A stretch of DNA of 64,000 nt from Giardia intestinalis. Its lineage: Eukaryota. Made by a program: the position numbers and the translations under genes. The stretch lies in the NCBI GenBank assembly GCA_000002435.2, contig CM018791.1; one strand, written 5' to 3'. The notes beneath the pieces were generated by a model. It was not told where the DNA came from, did not search any database, and saw nothing but the letters and a program-made list of their open reading frames with translations. Below, one piece after another: positions 30,173 through 41,700 of the stretch. How positions within the stretch are numbered: position 1 is the stretch's first letter; each line of letters begins with the position of its first letter.

Positions 30173-31582
30173 ATGAGCGATGAGCAGCCAGTTCAGCTCG
30201 GACAGTATGAGGTTTCGGAGCTGTTAGGGTCAGGGGCTTTTGCAAAGGTGCGCTTGGCAACCAGGAAGGATACGGGGAAGAAGTATGCAGTGAAGATCAT
30301 CAAGAAAGTGGGGCTATCTCAAAGAGCTGCCGACCGCCTAAACCTTGAGATTGCTGTCACAAAGGGCATTTCACACCCAAACGTCATAAAGATGCACGAA
30401 GTCATCGGGACGTCTTCAAAGTTCTGGCTGGTGATGGACTACCATGCCAACGGGGAGCTTCTAAAACACATGAAGACAAAATTGTCAGACGATCAGGCAT
30501 TTGACTACTTTATCCAGATAGCGTGCGCTCTTCGGTACTGTCACAGATTCGGGATTTGTCACCGAGACCTAAAGTTTGAAAATGTCCTGGTGGCGAATGA
30601 TGGGCATCTCGTGATAACTGACTTCGGTCTGGGAGCTATTTCTTACAACCCTGACAAGACCTTTTACTCACAGGCAACCTTCTGCGGCTCAACCCATTAC
30701 ATTGCTCCAGAGGTATCCTCTGGAAGCAGGTACGATGGGCGCAAATCGGATATCTGGTCCTTGGGAATCATGCTCTATGCCATGCTGATCGGCAAGCTGC
30801 CTTTCCCATCAGATAACTACGAGGTCCTTGTGGAGTCCATGCTTAATCGTCGCTATGACCCTATCCCTTCCTTTGTTAACGACCAGGCCAAGAACTTGCT
30901 GGAGGCGCTGCTGGAACCAGATCCTCGGACGAGACCCGACTGGAGGGAAATATTCAATTACCCGTGGATTGCATCGCGAGTCGCACTAGTGGATGAAGCT
31001 GGGCATACGGTGGACAAGTTCCCTAGTGAGATTACTGATACGGGTGTGCTCTGCAGAGTCATGCGAAAGAAGAAGGTGCATATGGAGATACCCCTTCATC
31101 CAAACAAGAAGTCGTACTCTGTCCTCTCCAACATACATGCTGCCTTAATGCAAACAAACAGCGCCCCAAGTACGGCTCAGCCTGTTTCTGATGAGGGATT
31201 CACCTGCCCCAGCTGTGGAAACATTGTGGTACCCCCTAAAACCGCCGATATAGCCAGCTACTCTGTCAAGAAGGCCATCATGATTTCAGACATAAGCATA
31301 TCAGATGCGCTGATTCTAGCTGCGTACGGTGTCAGAAAGGTGACGAAGAAACCGGTTGTGGTCTATCCTCACGAGTTTCGAGCAAGCTCGGACGTTCAGC
31401 TGATGGAAGCCCGCGTGTTCGGCACTCAGAAACTGGTCATCCTTATTGGTACTAACGACGCGGAGATGTACACGACGGTCAGTACTGTTCTGACAAACTT
31501 GGCAGCAGATAAGGCAAAGTTGTCTGCCATTACCCTAGGCCGAATTAATGACGTCTCAGTTGTTTGCGAAGATGCACGGTGA
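30173..31582 (+). CDS. serine/threonine protein kinase, CAMK/CAMKL-like, catalytically intact
   Basis: GSGAFAKV glycine loop, AVKII lysine, HRDLKFENVLV catalytic loop, DFGLG, APEV; ORF-track start 30155 is GTG, ATG is at 30173; TGTAAAC ~45 nt after stop. Confidence 0.85.
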   Translation: MSDEQPVQLGQYEVSELLGSGAFAKVRLATRKDTGKKYAVKIIKKVGLSQRAADRLNLEIAVTKGISHPNVIKMHEVIGTSSKFWLVMDYHANGELLKHMKTKLSDDQAFDYFIQIACALRYCHRFGICHRDLKFENVLVANDGHLVITDFGLGAISYNPDKTFYSQATFCGSTHYIAPEVSSGSRYDGRKSDIWSLGIMLYAMLIGKLPFPSDNYEVLVESMLNRRYDPIPSFVNDQAKNLLEALLEPDPRTRPDWREIFNYPWIASRVALVDEAGHTVDKFPSEITDTGVLCRVMRKKKVHMEIPLHPNKKSYSVLSNIHAALMQTNSAPSTAQPVSDEGFTCPSCGNIVVPPKTADIASYSVKKAIMISDISISDALILAAYGVRKVTKKPVVVYPHEFRASSDVQLMEARVFGTQKLVILIGTNDAEMYTTVSTVLTNLAADKAKLSAITLGRINDVSVVCEDAR

Positions 31583-31673
31583 CCTTTGTGCACTCATTGA
31601 CCCAATCCAAACATCAGCTAGCGTTTCAATGTAAACCAATTACAAAAATACCAAAAGCTAGCTCTTTTGTTTC

Positions 31674-32186
31674 ATGAGCAACAGCAGGGTACGTGCGTCC
31701 CAACTGGGGCATGAGCCGACATGCTTCGTCCTGGCCTTTGGTGGCGGCCCCAGCTTCGATCAGGCTGAGCTGGTCGCTAAAATCCATTCAATTGTGAGCA
31801 ATGCAGTTTTCATCCGGAGCACCCCTTATGGGCCAATATTCGGCCTGGAGAATGAAGTGGACCTCCTTATACTGATCCGGTCAAGCCCCATAATCCTTCG
31901 TGACGGACGGATGATAGGCTTTTGTCCTCCCGTTGAATTTGAGGGTATAGTGCAGTATGCCACACCTTACAGACAGCTTTCGGTCTACTCCGGCACAGGA
32001 GAGGTCATCATTTACATCATCAACATAGTTATATTTGCTCTTGCCGTAGGAGCTCTGGTGAATGGGACAACCTTCGTTCGGGATCTTAGCATTTCGCTGG
32101 GATACATGCTCACTGGCCTGCTCTTCTTGTACCTCATTTTTGTTGCATTGCGGCTCATTAGCAATTGGAGATATGCACGACTGTAG
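31674..32186 (+). CDS. small hypothetical membrane protein (170 aa)
   Basis: ATG ORF; two C-terminal hydrophobic helices (IIYIINIVIFALAVGALV, GLLFLYLIFVALRLI). Confidence 0.4.
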   Translation: MSNSRVRASQLGHEPTCFVLAFGGGPSFDQAELVAKIHSIVSNAVFIRSTPYGPIFGLENEVDLLILIRSSPIILRDGRMIGFCPPVEFEGIVQYATPYRQLSVYSGTGEVIIYIINIVIFALAVGALVNGTTFVRDLSISLGYMLTGLLFLYLIFVALRLISNWRYARL

Positions 32187-32514
32187 CACTGGTCACTGAG
32201 CCTGCATCCATGTGAAGTTAGCTTTTCTCGGTCTGGACTACAGATCATGTTTAAACGCTTACGTCGTATAGGAAAACTAACTTATAGATGGTTGAAGACA
32301 TACTAAAGCTGACACGTAGAAAGTATTATTGGCCAGCAGATGGCAAGATTGCTTTTGTGCAATTGGTTTGTTGCTTGAATTACTAATACAGACAAGCTAG
32401 TACGGGGAATTAGAATTCATTGTAAATGTGGTATAGATTGGTACTATACGGAGTCCAGTGATAGGTGCTTACTGGTGCGGGGAGCCGTGTGGTTAGGGAT
32501 AGACAAAAATCTGG

Positions 32515-33702
32515 ATGACCTCCTTAGCTGCACCACCCGACAAGCTTTCAACATATCTGTCTTTTTATCGTAGAAGAATGTTCGAGGTGAAAGCACTTAT
32601 GGAGAGCTTGCAACAAACAATCGAGCAAAAGAAGCAGCGCCTAAACTTCTTGAAGTATCGTCTTCAACAACTCAAGGCTGGCCAACCGCCACTAAAGCAG
32701 CTAGAACCCATCGAGTCTATGGTTCTACACCCACGAGGCCGATCGCTGGCTTTTCTCCCGGTGCCCTGCCCTGCATCAATCAAGTGTTATTCAGTGGGGT
32801 ATTTGGGTATAGCGTATAACGTGTTTAGAAAACGGTTCGAATCCCCACGTCAGCCGTTTATTGCGCACGCAGGCACTGAGCTGACCCGGATAGTCTTCAC
32901 TGATCAAGGCTGGGAGAGACTTCTTCAGCTATCGGCACTGGGTGTTGGTGGCATGGAGAGGGCCCAAGGGAGTGCTGGATCCAGCACGCCAGTCTACCTG
33001 CTACTCCACACTCACTTTAATCGCAACCATACCTTCCGGTGTTATATTATGCCTCCGCGTCAGACACACAGGGTTGGACTGTTTTCGACTCGATCTCCCC
33101 ATCGGATAAACCCACTGGGGCTTTCCATAGTTAAGGTAGAGTCTCTTGATAGTCAGCTGCGCTGTCTGACTGTCGTGGGAAGTGATTTGCTCAATGGCAC
33201 ACCGATTGTCGCCGTCCAGCTGTACAGACAGGATATTCACGATCATCCCACAGCCAGAGCAGGGTGGCTAGATACCGACACCCTGTATCCCTTGTACTAC
33301 GACACCCAGACTACCGTTGGTCGCAGGGCACACGAATCGTTTGTCGCTGAATGGAAACTGACCCCAATACCTTCGGAGCTATGCAAGAAGCTGGACTTTA
33401 TACAGAAGACAACGATAACGGATGTGTACTCAATGGTCTCGGCACATTGCTCGCACCGGCCAATCCTGTCTCGCACTCACAAGCAGAAGGAGGCAAATTC
33501 TGATAATGCAGTCAGCGCGGTACTGGCCATTTCATTGTACCGTGTTAGCTACGTTGTCGATGTGAGCAAACGCCTTGTGACCTTAGTCGACGTTCAGCCA
33601 TCTCTCAAGCGAGAACAAGCAGAAGCGCTCAAAGAGTTTGACCCCGAGGCAGAAGAGGTCTCCTCATTCTTCAAGGAATTCCCTCCGGAGAAAAGCAAGT
33701 AA
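32515..33702 (+). CDS. TsaA/YaeB (TrmO) family protein, putative tRNA A37 N6-methyltransferase, with extra C-terminal region
   Basis: N-terminal FRKRFESPRQP motif and central GLFSTRSPHRINPLGLS...VVGSDLLNGTPIV match the TsaA-like beta-barrel signature. Confidence 0.65.
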   Translation: MTSLAAPPDKLSTYLSFYRRRMFEVKALMESLQQTIEQKKQRLNFLKYRLQQLKAGQPPLKQLEPIESMVLHPRGRSLAFLPVPCPASIKCYSVGYLGIAYNVFRKRFESPRQPFIAHAGTELTRIVFTDQGWERLLQLSALGVGGMERAQGSAGSSTPVYLLLHTHFNRNHTFRCYIMPPRQTHRVGLFSTRSPHRINPLGLSIVKVESLDSQLRCLTVVGSDLLNGTPIVAVQLYRQDIHDHPTARAGWLDTDTLYPLYYDTQTTVGRRAHESFVAEWKLTPIPSELCKKLDFIQKTTITDVYSMVSAHCSHRPILSRTHKQKEANSDNAVSAVLAISLYRVSYVVDVSKRLVTLVDVQPSLKREQAEALKEFDPEAEEVSSFFKEFPPEKSK

Positions 33703-33715
33703 TTCACTGTTACTG

Positions 33716-34072
33716 TCACTGTCCCAAAACCACCTTCACAATGAGCTTGGCGGCCTCGTCGATGTGAGAAGATGCATAATTGTTCAGTGCGTTGATTTCC
33801 CTTGTAACACGCTCATCCAGGTCTTTCGATATCTGTACAATCTCTGCGGCATTCTTTGTTTGCAGCTCGACAAGCTTAGCCTCTTCTTGGCGCTGAAATG
33901 CCTCTATCTCCCTGTGGGCTCTATCCTTCGCCTCCTTCACAAGCTGTGCATTTTCTTCCCTCGCCTGGGCGATACGCCTCTTCCCTTGAGTCTCTGTTTC
34001 AAGCAACTTTTTGACCAGCTCTGCGTCCCTGCTCATATTTTGTTTTAAGATTAGAAATTGGTCTTTTGTCAT
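33716..34072 (-). CDS. V-type ATPase subunit G
   Basis: LVKKLLETETQGKRRIAQAREENAQLVKEAKDRAHREIEAFQRQEEAKLVELQTKNAA parallels the conserved LLQAEKEA...ARKYRQ..LKQAK...EI..Y..Q...L.EFEQKNAG pattern of Vma10/ATP6V1G; 118 aa, or 106 aa from the second Met. Confidence 0.7.
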   Translation of the reverse strand: MTKDQFLILKQNMSRDAELVKKLLETETQGKRRIAQAREENAQLVKEAKDRAHREIEAFQRQEEAKLVELQTKNAAEIVQISKDLDERVTREINALNNYASSHIDEAAKLIVKVVLGQ

Positions 34073-34295
34073 GACTGCGATGATATAGACTCTTTCAGCG
34101 TCACTTCATTGTTGAGAAGTAGTACTGAACACAAGGCCCTTATGCAAGACATTTTTACACGATCAATCTGTGGGGGTTTCGATAAAAATGAGCCAAGGAG
34201 AGCGTTAGTCTTGGTCAGAACGTGCCTCTCCTCCTTTTAGGCTGTTCTTCAGCGCATGAACTCAGACATGCAACTTCAGTAAACCTGGTTTTAAA

Positions 34296-35675
34296 ATGTC
34301 TAATGACAGTGTACCCATCACGCTCCAGGTTTTCTTCAACGGGTCTCCTTATACAGTGACTGTCAATGCACAAGACAACGTATCGGCTGTATGTGCAGCG
34401 ATATCTCCACTTGTAGGTATCAATCCAAATGCCCTCTGTATTTTATCGGAGACATGGGTGGGGGCTCTTCAGCATGACATACCACTCACATATTTCCATG
34501 TGCAGAACGGTACTAAGATATACTGCTTTGGGTCCAACGAGGTTGCTGCAGTAACGCGTGCTGAGGTGAACGGGACGATAGACGATTTAGATGGCGACGG
34601 TGCGCTCAAGGAAGAGATCTTGGCCTCTGGAATTGAAAATGTAGGCAACACATGCTTCTTTGGAGCAGCTCTACAGTGTCTGTTCAGGTGCACGGTTCTT
34701 CGCACGGTTCTCCTTTATATGCTTCCAGCTAGAGCGCTCGAGCACTGCGATTTGTTTGTCCGTGCACTGTCTTCCGCTTTTCAGACACTAGATAAGAAGC
34801 AAACTGCTGTCAATCCTAAGGAGCTTTTAACTCTCTTTGGCACACTACACCCGTCTCTGATTAAGCCACAGCTAAATGGATATGCTATGCAAGACGCCCA
34901 GGAGACTCTAAGCCAGGTTCTCAACGACCTTTCCCTAGCACTCCCAGTGAGCTCTCTTGGAGTTATGAACACTGCAGGATATTTAGCCAAAGACTACCTG
35001 GAGCTTCGTAACGCAATGCTGAGCTCTCTAGAGGATGGGGGCTCTGAAAATAGCGTTGTGGACTGCCTGTTCAACATGAAAGTAGAATACCACACGGATG
35101 AAATTGGACAGAAGCCTGTGTCGACTGATTCAAAGTACTTTCTAGGTATAAACCTCACTGACAAGTGCTACTCTTTGTTGGATCAGCTTGACAAGGAGAT
35201 GGGGGAGGAGGAGATCATCATTAACGGAGAGCAACACAAGCGTATTTCAAGGTTCAACTTTCTGCCGCCATACCTCTTCGTCGTTATCAACCGTTTTCTT
35301 TGGGAAGAGCAGGCTCAGCGAAGACTCAAAATTAATCGGCGCTTCACCTTCCCCTTTGCCGTAGATCTTTATAGGTATTGTAGTGCAGGTCTTCAGACAA
35401 GCTTAGATAGCCTTGCTGCCGAAAGAGAAGATGCACCTGCCTCCACCGTCGGATCAGCAAACTATGTCCTGGTCTCTGTCATAGCACACCACGGACTTGG
35501 TGCAGAAAGTGGCCATTATATTACGTTCTCGCGCATAAAGGATAACTTATGGGTTAAGCTGAACGACGCTAGTGTTACCGAAGTCACTACTGAAGATATT
35601 GAAGCTCTTGCGGGAGGCTCACCAACGTTTGTAGCATACGTACTTTTGTATGAGTACACGGCTATTGGGCTCTAA
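34296..35675 (+). CDS. ubiquitin C-terminal hydrolase, USP14/Ubp6-like (N-terminal Ubl + USP domain)
   Basis: N-terminal ~75-aa ubiquitin-like fold; Cys box GIENVGNTCFFGAALQCL; His box YVLVSVIAHHGLGAESGHYITFSR; AGTAAAC 42 nt after stop. Confidence 0.8.
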   Translation: MSNDSVPITLQVFFNGSPYTVTVNAQDNVSAVCAAISPLVGINPNALCILSETWVGALQHDIPLTYFHVQNGTKIYCFGSNEVAAVTRAEVNGTIDDLDGDGALKEEILASGIENVGNTCFFGAALQCLFRCTVLRTVLLYMLPARALEHCDLFVRALSSAFQTLDKKQTAVNPKELLTLFGTLHPSLIKPQLNGYAMQDAQETLSQVLNDLSLALPVSSLGVMNTAGYLAKDYLELRNAMLSSLEDGGSENSVVDCLFNMKVEYHTDEIGQKPVSTDSKYFLGINLTDKCYSLLDQLDKEMGEEEIIINGEQHKRISRFNFLPPYLFVVINRFLWEEQAQRRLKINRRFTFPFAVDLYRYCSAGLQTSLDSLAAEREDAPASTVGSANYVLVSVIAHHGLGAESGHYITFSRIKDNLWVKLNDASVTEVTTEDIEALAGGSPTFVAYVLLYEYTAIGL

Positions 35676-35716
35676 TTAAGATGCGAAGCTCTTACCCTTG
35701 ACTACAATTGGCGCAC

Positions 35717-35723
35717 AGTAAAC
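35717..35723 (+). promoter_or_regulatory. putative polyadenylation signal AGTAAAC
   Basis: Downstream of TAA stop at 35673-35675. Confidence 0.4.
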
Positions 35724-35787
35724 ATTAAAGATATCCCTGTGAGCCTCCGGAAAAAAGAAAGTCACGAGAAGGGCCCGGCATTAAGCG

Positions 35788-38700
35788 ATGGTGGTTTTTG
35801 CGGGACCCTTATCGGACTTGACTGTTATCTTTATCTCTCTTAGCGCCGTTCTACTATTTGGAGCCACTATTTACGCCTTGTACTTTATAATCCCCATTTT
35901 GTTGGCGAAGCTTATCCAAGCCATAGCAAATGTATACTTTCGTCTTTATACAAAAGGGTATCGAAAAGCCCGTGTACATGTCTCTTATTTTCGGTTGGGT
36001 CTTTTCATGCGTCGAATACACTTGCAGAGCGTTTACTTCTCAACAGCAGAGTACACTATATTCGTGGGAGATGTGCACCTTCACTTTTCTCTTCTCCGCA
36101 GGTCTGGTTTTCTCAGCAAGGTCCTCCAGGAACACATCATCAAATCGCAGACTAAAGATGCCCACAGCTTAACATTTCCTCTTTTCCCAGCGATGGTGCA
36201 CGTCACAGGGATCGATATACACCTGTACAGCCGAAAGCCCCTGCCCTATACGCCAACAGAGGAAGGTCTGCGACGATATATGGAGGAATACCAAAGCAAG
36301 CTAGCAAACGCAGCTGCACAGCGTAAGCTTCCTTTCTTCTTTAGAGTTTTTGGGCCTGTCAATTTGGATATTAGGGGTATACGTCTGGTACTGAGCAATC
36401 CATACCTTCGATGCGGTGTACGGGCTACAATTGGTTCAGCAAACGGAGTGCTTGGTGTCCACCAGGAAGCTGAGCTCTTCACATTCTATACATCTTACCT
36501 TGATCTCAAACTTCATAGCTTTAACGTTAATTTTATCGAAAATGAATTTTACAATCCAATCTTTGATCACAAGCGTCAGAACTTCTTTGAGAAAAAATCA
36601 TGCCTACCACTGTACAGTGGAAAGAACTCTTTGTCAGTTTCGATTCTATCTTCTCCGGTATCTCGCTTAACAGTCACCACAACCTCTGATCTTTCAAAGG
36701 TTTCTTTTCGACCTGGCCTTCACTCTTCCCAAGATAGGTCAGAAATCTACGATAAGTCGTTTCCCGAAGGAATTGTGTCCATCCGTTTGATTGATCCAAA
36801 AATAACCTATTCACCATGGCTTGAGCGGGAGAGGAGACGAGTCTTTTTGTCATTCTTTCCTGAGACATTTTTGCCCCGTCAGGTGTGGCCTCTTCCGTCC
36901 AACGAGGAGCTATTTTTTAGACCCACGTTAAACTACAAGATTTCCGTGATATTTGATACGCCAGGCACAATTCAGTATTGGTATCGTAATACAGATCAAC
37001 CGTATGATCCAGTGAAACATGACATTATACTGGCGTGGAAGAGGGCTCAGATGGAGTCGGCTAGGGTCTCTCAGCAGCTGCATGAATTCAAGGCCAACAG
37101 TACGATTAGTTGTGATAACAATACTTATACTGCTCAGTCCATTGTTGGTGATAGTGTGATAAATCAGGGTACTGTGCCAACTGGAGGTGCCACCAGCATG
37201 GACGATGGAGACTGCACGGAGTGTAGTACGGCGTATTCTATGTGCCCTATTACCACTTCTCCGATTAACTCTCCAGTAGAAGAAGCTCATGCTTTACTAA
37301 GCGGAAACTATTCAGCATCTGTGGCTCAGCTCCAGCCGGCACATAGTCGCAAAGGGTCCAATCTCTCTTCTCATGTGCGGATGACATCTTCCACCACATC
37401 CAAAGTTGTTCTAGATAGCATTGCAGGACTATCAAAGCGTCTTCGTACGAATATACAAGGGTCTCCCTTAATAGGGAGCGCTGTAGATGACTTTGAGGCT
37501 TTAGCGCACCGTAATAACCAGTTTCAAAGTGTTGCTAATCTGCAAACGGCCGTTTTCAACGACGACTTATTTGCTCAGTTTAACGTGGACTCAAGCACGC
37601 TTCAAATGGACAACTTTGAGGAACCCACGTGTAATCCTCAAAGCTCCAAGGACGAAGACCAGGCGCCTGAAGCTCAGACCCTTAGGCGGCCTCGCACACT
37701 ATGGTCCAATGTGTTTGGCAATACTATTCCTTTTGTTAATAGATTTATTCGATCCTCAACCTCTAAAGGTGAGCAGGAGTTCAATATCTTTGATAGCTCT
37801 GCTGGGGACAAAGATGCTACCAGTGCAGCACCTCCGCCCACCGTAGGAGCATATACATCCCCCCACGAAGGTATCTCCTTTACTTGCTCTACTGGCACCG
37901 TTATTCTTCTAAAGATGCCCGTCTTTTCGTACTTTCCTACGCGCACTAAAAAGATCAGCGCTTTCATACCTCATGTTTCAGCCAAGACAACGGTCATTGG
38001 GCAAGAATTTTTTGTCGCAGAGAACATCTCCTTTGTCTGGGATGAGCTTACGACAGGTACAGAGTATTCCGCTCCGACTAAGTGGAATGTCGGCTTTTTT
38101 GCAGAGAATCTTCGAGCGGAGCTAACTGGGGCTATAATTTCTCAGATTACGCACTTGCTTGGAGACCTCACAGAAGATGACAAGGACCTCCTTTCCTATT
38201 ATCGTAAGTCCCTTATTCCACTGATCGACAATAACACTGTTATCCTGGCACACGAGTTCCCTATAAGGGATAGGGCATATAACGTTTATTGCAATGCACC
38301 ACCAAACCGTCTGCAGACCATGAGGGAGGTCCAGTATTCCAAGACAAAGCGCTTTATCCCTGTAGAGATGGACTTTACCATCCGTGTAGTCAACTATGAG
38401 ATTGGTGTTGCCACAGCTGTCGACAACGTCTGCTCGTCATTACACCATCTCTCTGCGGTACAGCCTGTTCAGGATTTCCTCGTTCATAAATATTCTGTCG
38501 CGTATCACCGCTTATACTGTCAACACAAGATGTTAGCCGAGCATGACTTCAAGGAACTTCGACTGGTGTCTGCCCACCACTATGTTTACCATAATAATCC
38601 GTTTCTAAATATGTTCTGGCGCCTGCCTCTAGTTATTGGCGCCTCAAATCGTAGCATCTACTGTCTGCTCGATCTTACCATAGATGTCATCAACAATGAC

Positions 38701-41700
38701 TATGAGCAGGTGGCCAATATGCTTCATAAGGGAGATCCCATATCGAAGGATGTCCGTCCAAACCTTGTCTGGCTCAACACGCCATACAATGTGGCAGCAT
38801 CTTCGACTACTCGAAAGCGGCGATGCACATGTCTGCGGAGCAGGAAGAAAGGTCTGCGTACATTACCGCCGGTATCTGGGATAACACAGGAAACTGACAA
38901 TCTTCTTCCGTTAAAAGAAGGCTACACTCATTCGCGCTATCAGAGTACACACGGTTACGAGATTCTTGAGTCTAATACTAAGTCAGGGAAGAAAGGATCT
39001 AAATCCTACGATGAACTAAGTCTCGTTCCAGCATCTGTGCATTCTGGAACAAAATTGAGCTCTCTGCATGTACTACAGTTGCCACATACTGCGTCTTGGG
39101 ACACTCTAGGGACGTCCTCAACTAGTCTTCAACAGACTCCATATCCATGCACTGTTGACGAGTTTCTCAAGGCCTTTCTTTATGAAAGCCCAGATGCCAT
39201 AGATCATTGTGACCATAGAATAGAGCTTTTGAGAATAGCAAACGGCAAGAAGCATGCTAATTCCAACCCACTCACATATGAAGAGTATCTGTCATTGCTA
39301 ACATATTCTCCGCCAACTCATTCACGCCTCTTGTTTGCTGGTGTAGACCTGTCCTGCGGAATTGCCGTCCCACGCTTGCATAATCTCAATGCCTGTATTG
39401 ATGGAGGCACGGATGCCAAGGCACAGTTATACACCGTCCTAGATGTCAAATTGATCTTGAAAATGGCGTCGATCTATGTGGCTTGCACATCCACAAGCAG
39501 GCAGAGCGCCTTTCTTAAGAGGCTATATTCAGCGAAGAAGACTACTAACAAATCATTAACATCTCCTTTTGCTTCTGGCCCGTTACCCCGTACAGAACTT
39601 CGCATAGGAATGACACGAGATCTTGTTTTAGATGCACACTTGGATACACGTGTCACAAGCTTTCTAAAAGAATCGGTACAGACACCACCATCTCAGATCA
39701 TTGACTCGTCAGTTTCTCCAAGCCTATCATACCCACAGGATAATAACCTGTCTCTCCAAATCAACGTAGCTCGGCCGGAGCTTCTTGTTAGCGGTTCAGT
39801 AATAGCCATATTTATGCATTTCCTGGAGAATCTGTTTTTGGCCCAAAGGTTTCCAATCTCTGATGCAGACTATATTATTATGCCCTTTAATTTACACTTT
39901 AAGAATCAACTTGCAAGAGCCTATGAGTCATATTATCTTTACCATCGCTTGAAAGCAAGCTATGCTAACGACCTATGGCTCGACTCAATTAAGCGTGCTG
40001 TCAAAGATAGTCCAGAAGTTGATCCCGTGGAGCGCCTCACAGATAGAGACATACTGATCAGATTGTCACACGAGTTTGTGCTAAGTGATCAAATGACGTA
40101 CTCGGATGTTATCTATCCTGTATCTAAGGCAGCCACTCTTTACCAACGATTCTCGCATTATATCACGTCTATGCGGCTCTTTTTAACTATCTATGCAGAT
40201 AGACCCATTGTATCAGTTACTGTTCACGAGTTTGCCGAGCTGCCACGTAGATTTTCATTTGCATATAACGATTTAAACACGGATTATAACAGACTCTTTA
40301 CTACGTCTCTCTCTGATCCACGGGGACTTATTACGTTCCACACACAAAAGCTGACATTTGCAATCGTCTCTTCCCGGTCTGTCACAACCCTCTCTGTCAG
40401 CACAACTCCGCTCCGAGGAGGATACCTGTCTCATGCACACTCTACTATCACTACAGGAGGCTTCGATATGCACGTCACTATGCCAAAAACACAGGACAGC
40501 ATCTACCCCTTGCCCACCAGAACGGCCTACTCAATGACCTTGAGCGCCCTCAAATTGTCTGCCTATCCTGAGTTCGTTGGGGTTCTTACCATGTTGATAA
40601 GGAACTTCTGTGTAACGTTTTTGGCTCCGTCATTTAATCACCTTCCTGCGTCATTCGTTGATCATAGTGCGGTCGGCAGTGATCATGAAAGTGCAGCTGA
40701 CGTAGATCATGGTAAGGTTTATGATAGAATTAGGCAGATGATAGCAGAGCGTATGCAGAAGGATTTAGAGCTTCTCACCAACAAATCGAATTTCTTGTTG
40801 CTTTGCAATTATCTCGAGGACTTGAACGACAGTGATCACACGGCGGTTTTGCACAGACTGTACACGAGGGGACCGTCAGCCACGCAAGCAAGACTAGATC
40901 AGGACTCATTTCTCTTAGATACAAGGACAGACTCATCGGGAAATCCCACTCAGAATAATAAGACAACCAACCGTCCTGATCTCACTTGCTCTGCCATATC
41001 ATCCTCCTCATTACCACTAGATAGTGTCATGTATGCACGCTGTCCAGACCGACTTCGCTATCTGCTCTTCTACAATGGATCTAATTGGTGCTTGACTGCG
41101 ACTCAAGTGGTCTCCTTTGACATATCTATTGGTCAATTTGATTGCTCATTGATTCACACTTTCTCGTCTAATTCTGCTTGCTCTACTCCTACGTCCCTGG
41201 TAGCCTCAGTTATCTCTAAGCGTGGGGTTGCTTGTTACATTAATAACCATGCACTAAAGGACAACACGCGGCTCCTTCTCAGATGCACTGTACCAGACAT
41301 CATTTTACGATTACGCGATCCTTTTTCCCAATCCACCTCTGTAGCTCTAAAGACAGCGGTGAACATAGTGGTGCATCAGACAGGGGACAACGCTGTCGGC
41401 AAGGCTGTCCAGTTGCTCTACTATGAACACCATAAGCATCTCCTCAGCACATTACTGTCTGGCCCTCGAGCGCAGACATCGGTGACGTCCATTCCGACCA
41501 TTGTAGTTTCACATGATAACGAGCTAACTTGCGCTAGTAGGCCCAAACCAATTTCGGGTTCACAAGAAGGTGTCCTGCCTGTGTTCAAGTCAACTACAAA
41601 TTACTGTCACCATGCCCCTGCATGCACCGCGACAGAATTCACTAGGCCTAGCTCTTTGAAGGCTTCGCCGGCAGAACAGTATCCATTACCTGCTGAATTA

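Noticed and set aside
32186-32515. Possible intron signal (ACTAAC...TATAG) at ~32265-32285 in the spacer before the TrmO gene
   Set aside because: No matching GTATGTT-type 5' splice site or interrupted reading frame nearby; the flanking genes are complete without it.
32826-32836. GGTTCGAATCC, a perfect tRNA T-loop/T-stem consensus
   Set aside because: It lies inside the TrmO-like CDS (codons for RFESP); the flanking sequence cannot form acceptor, D or anticodon arms; a coincidental match.
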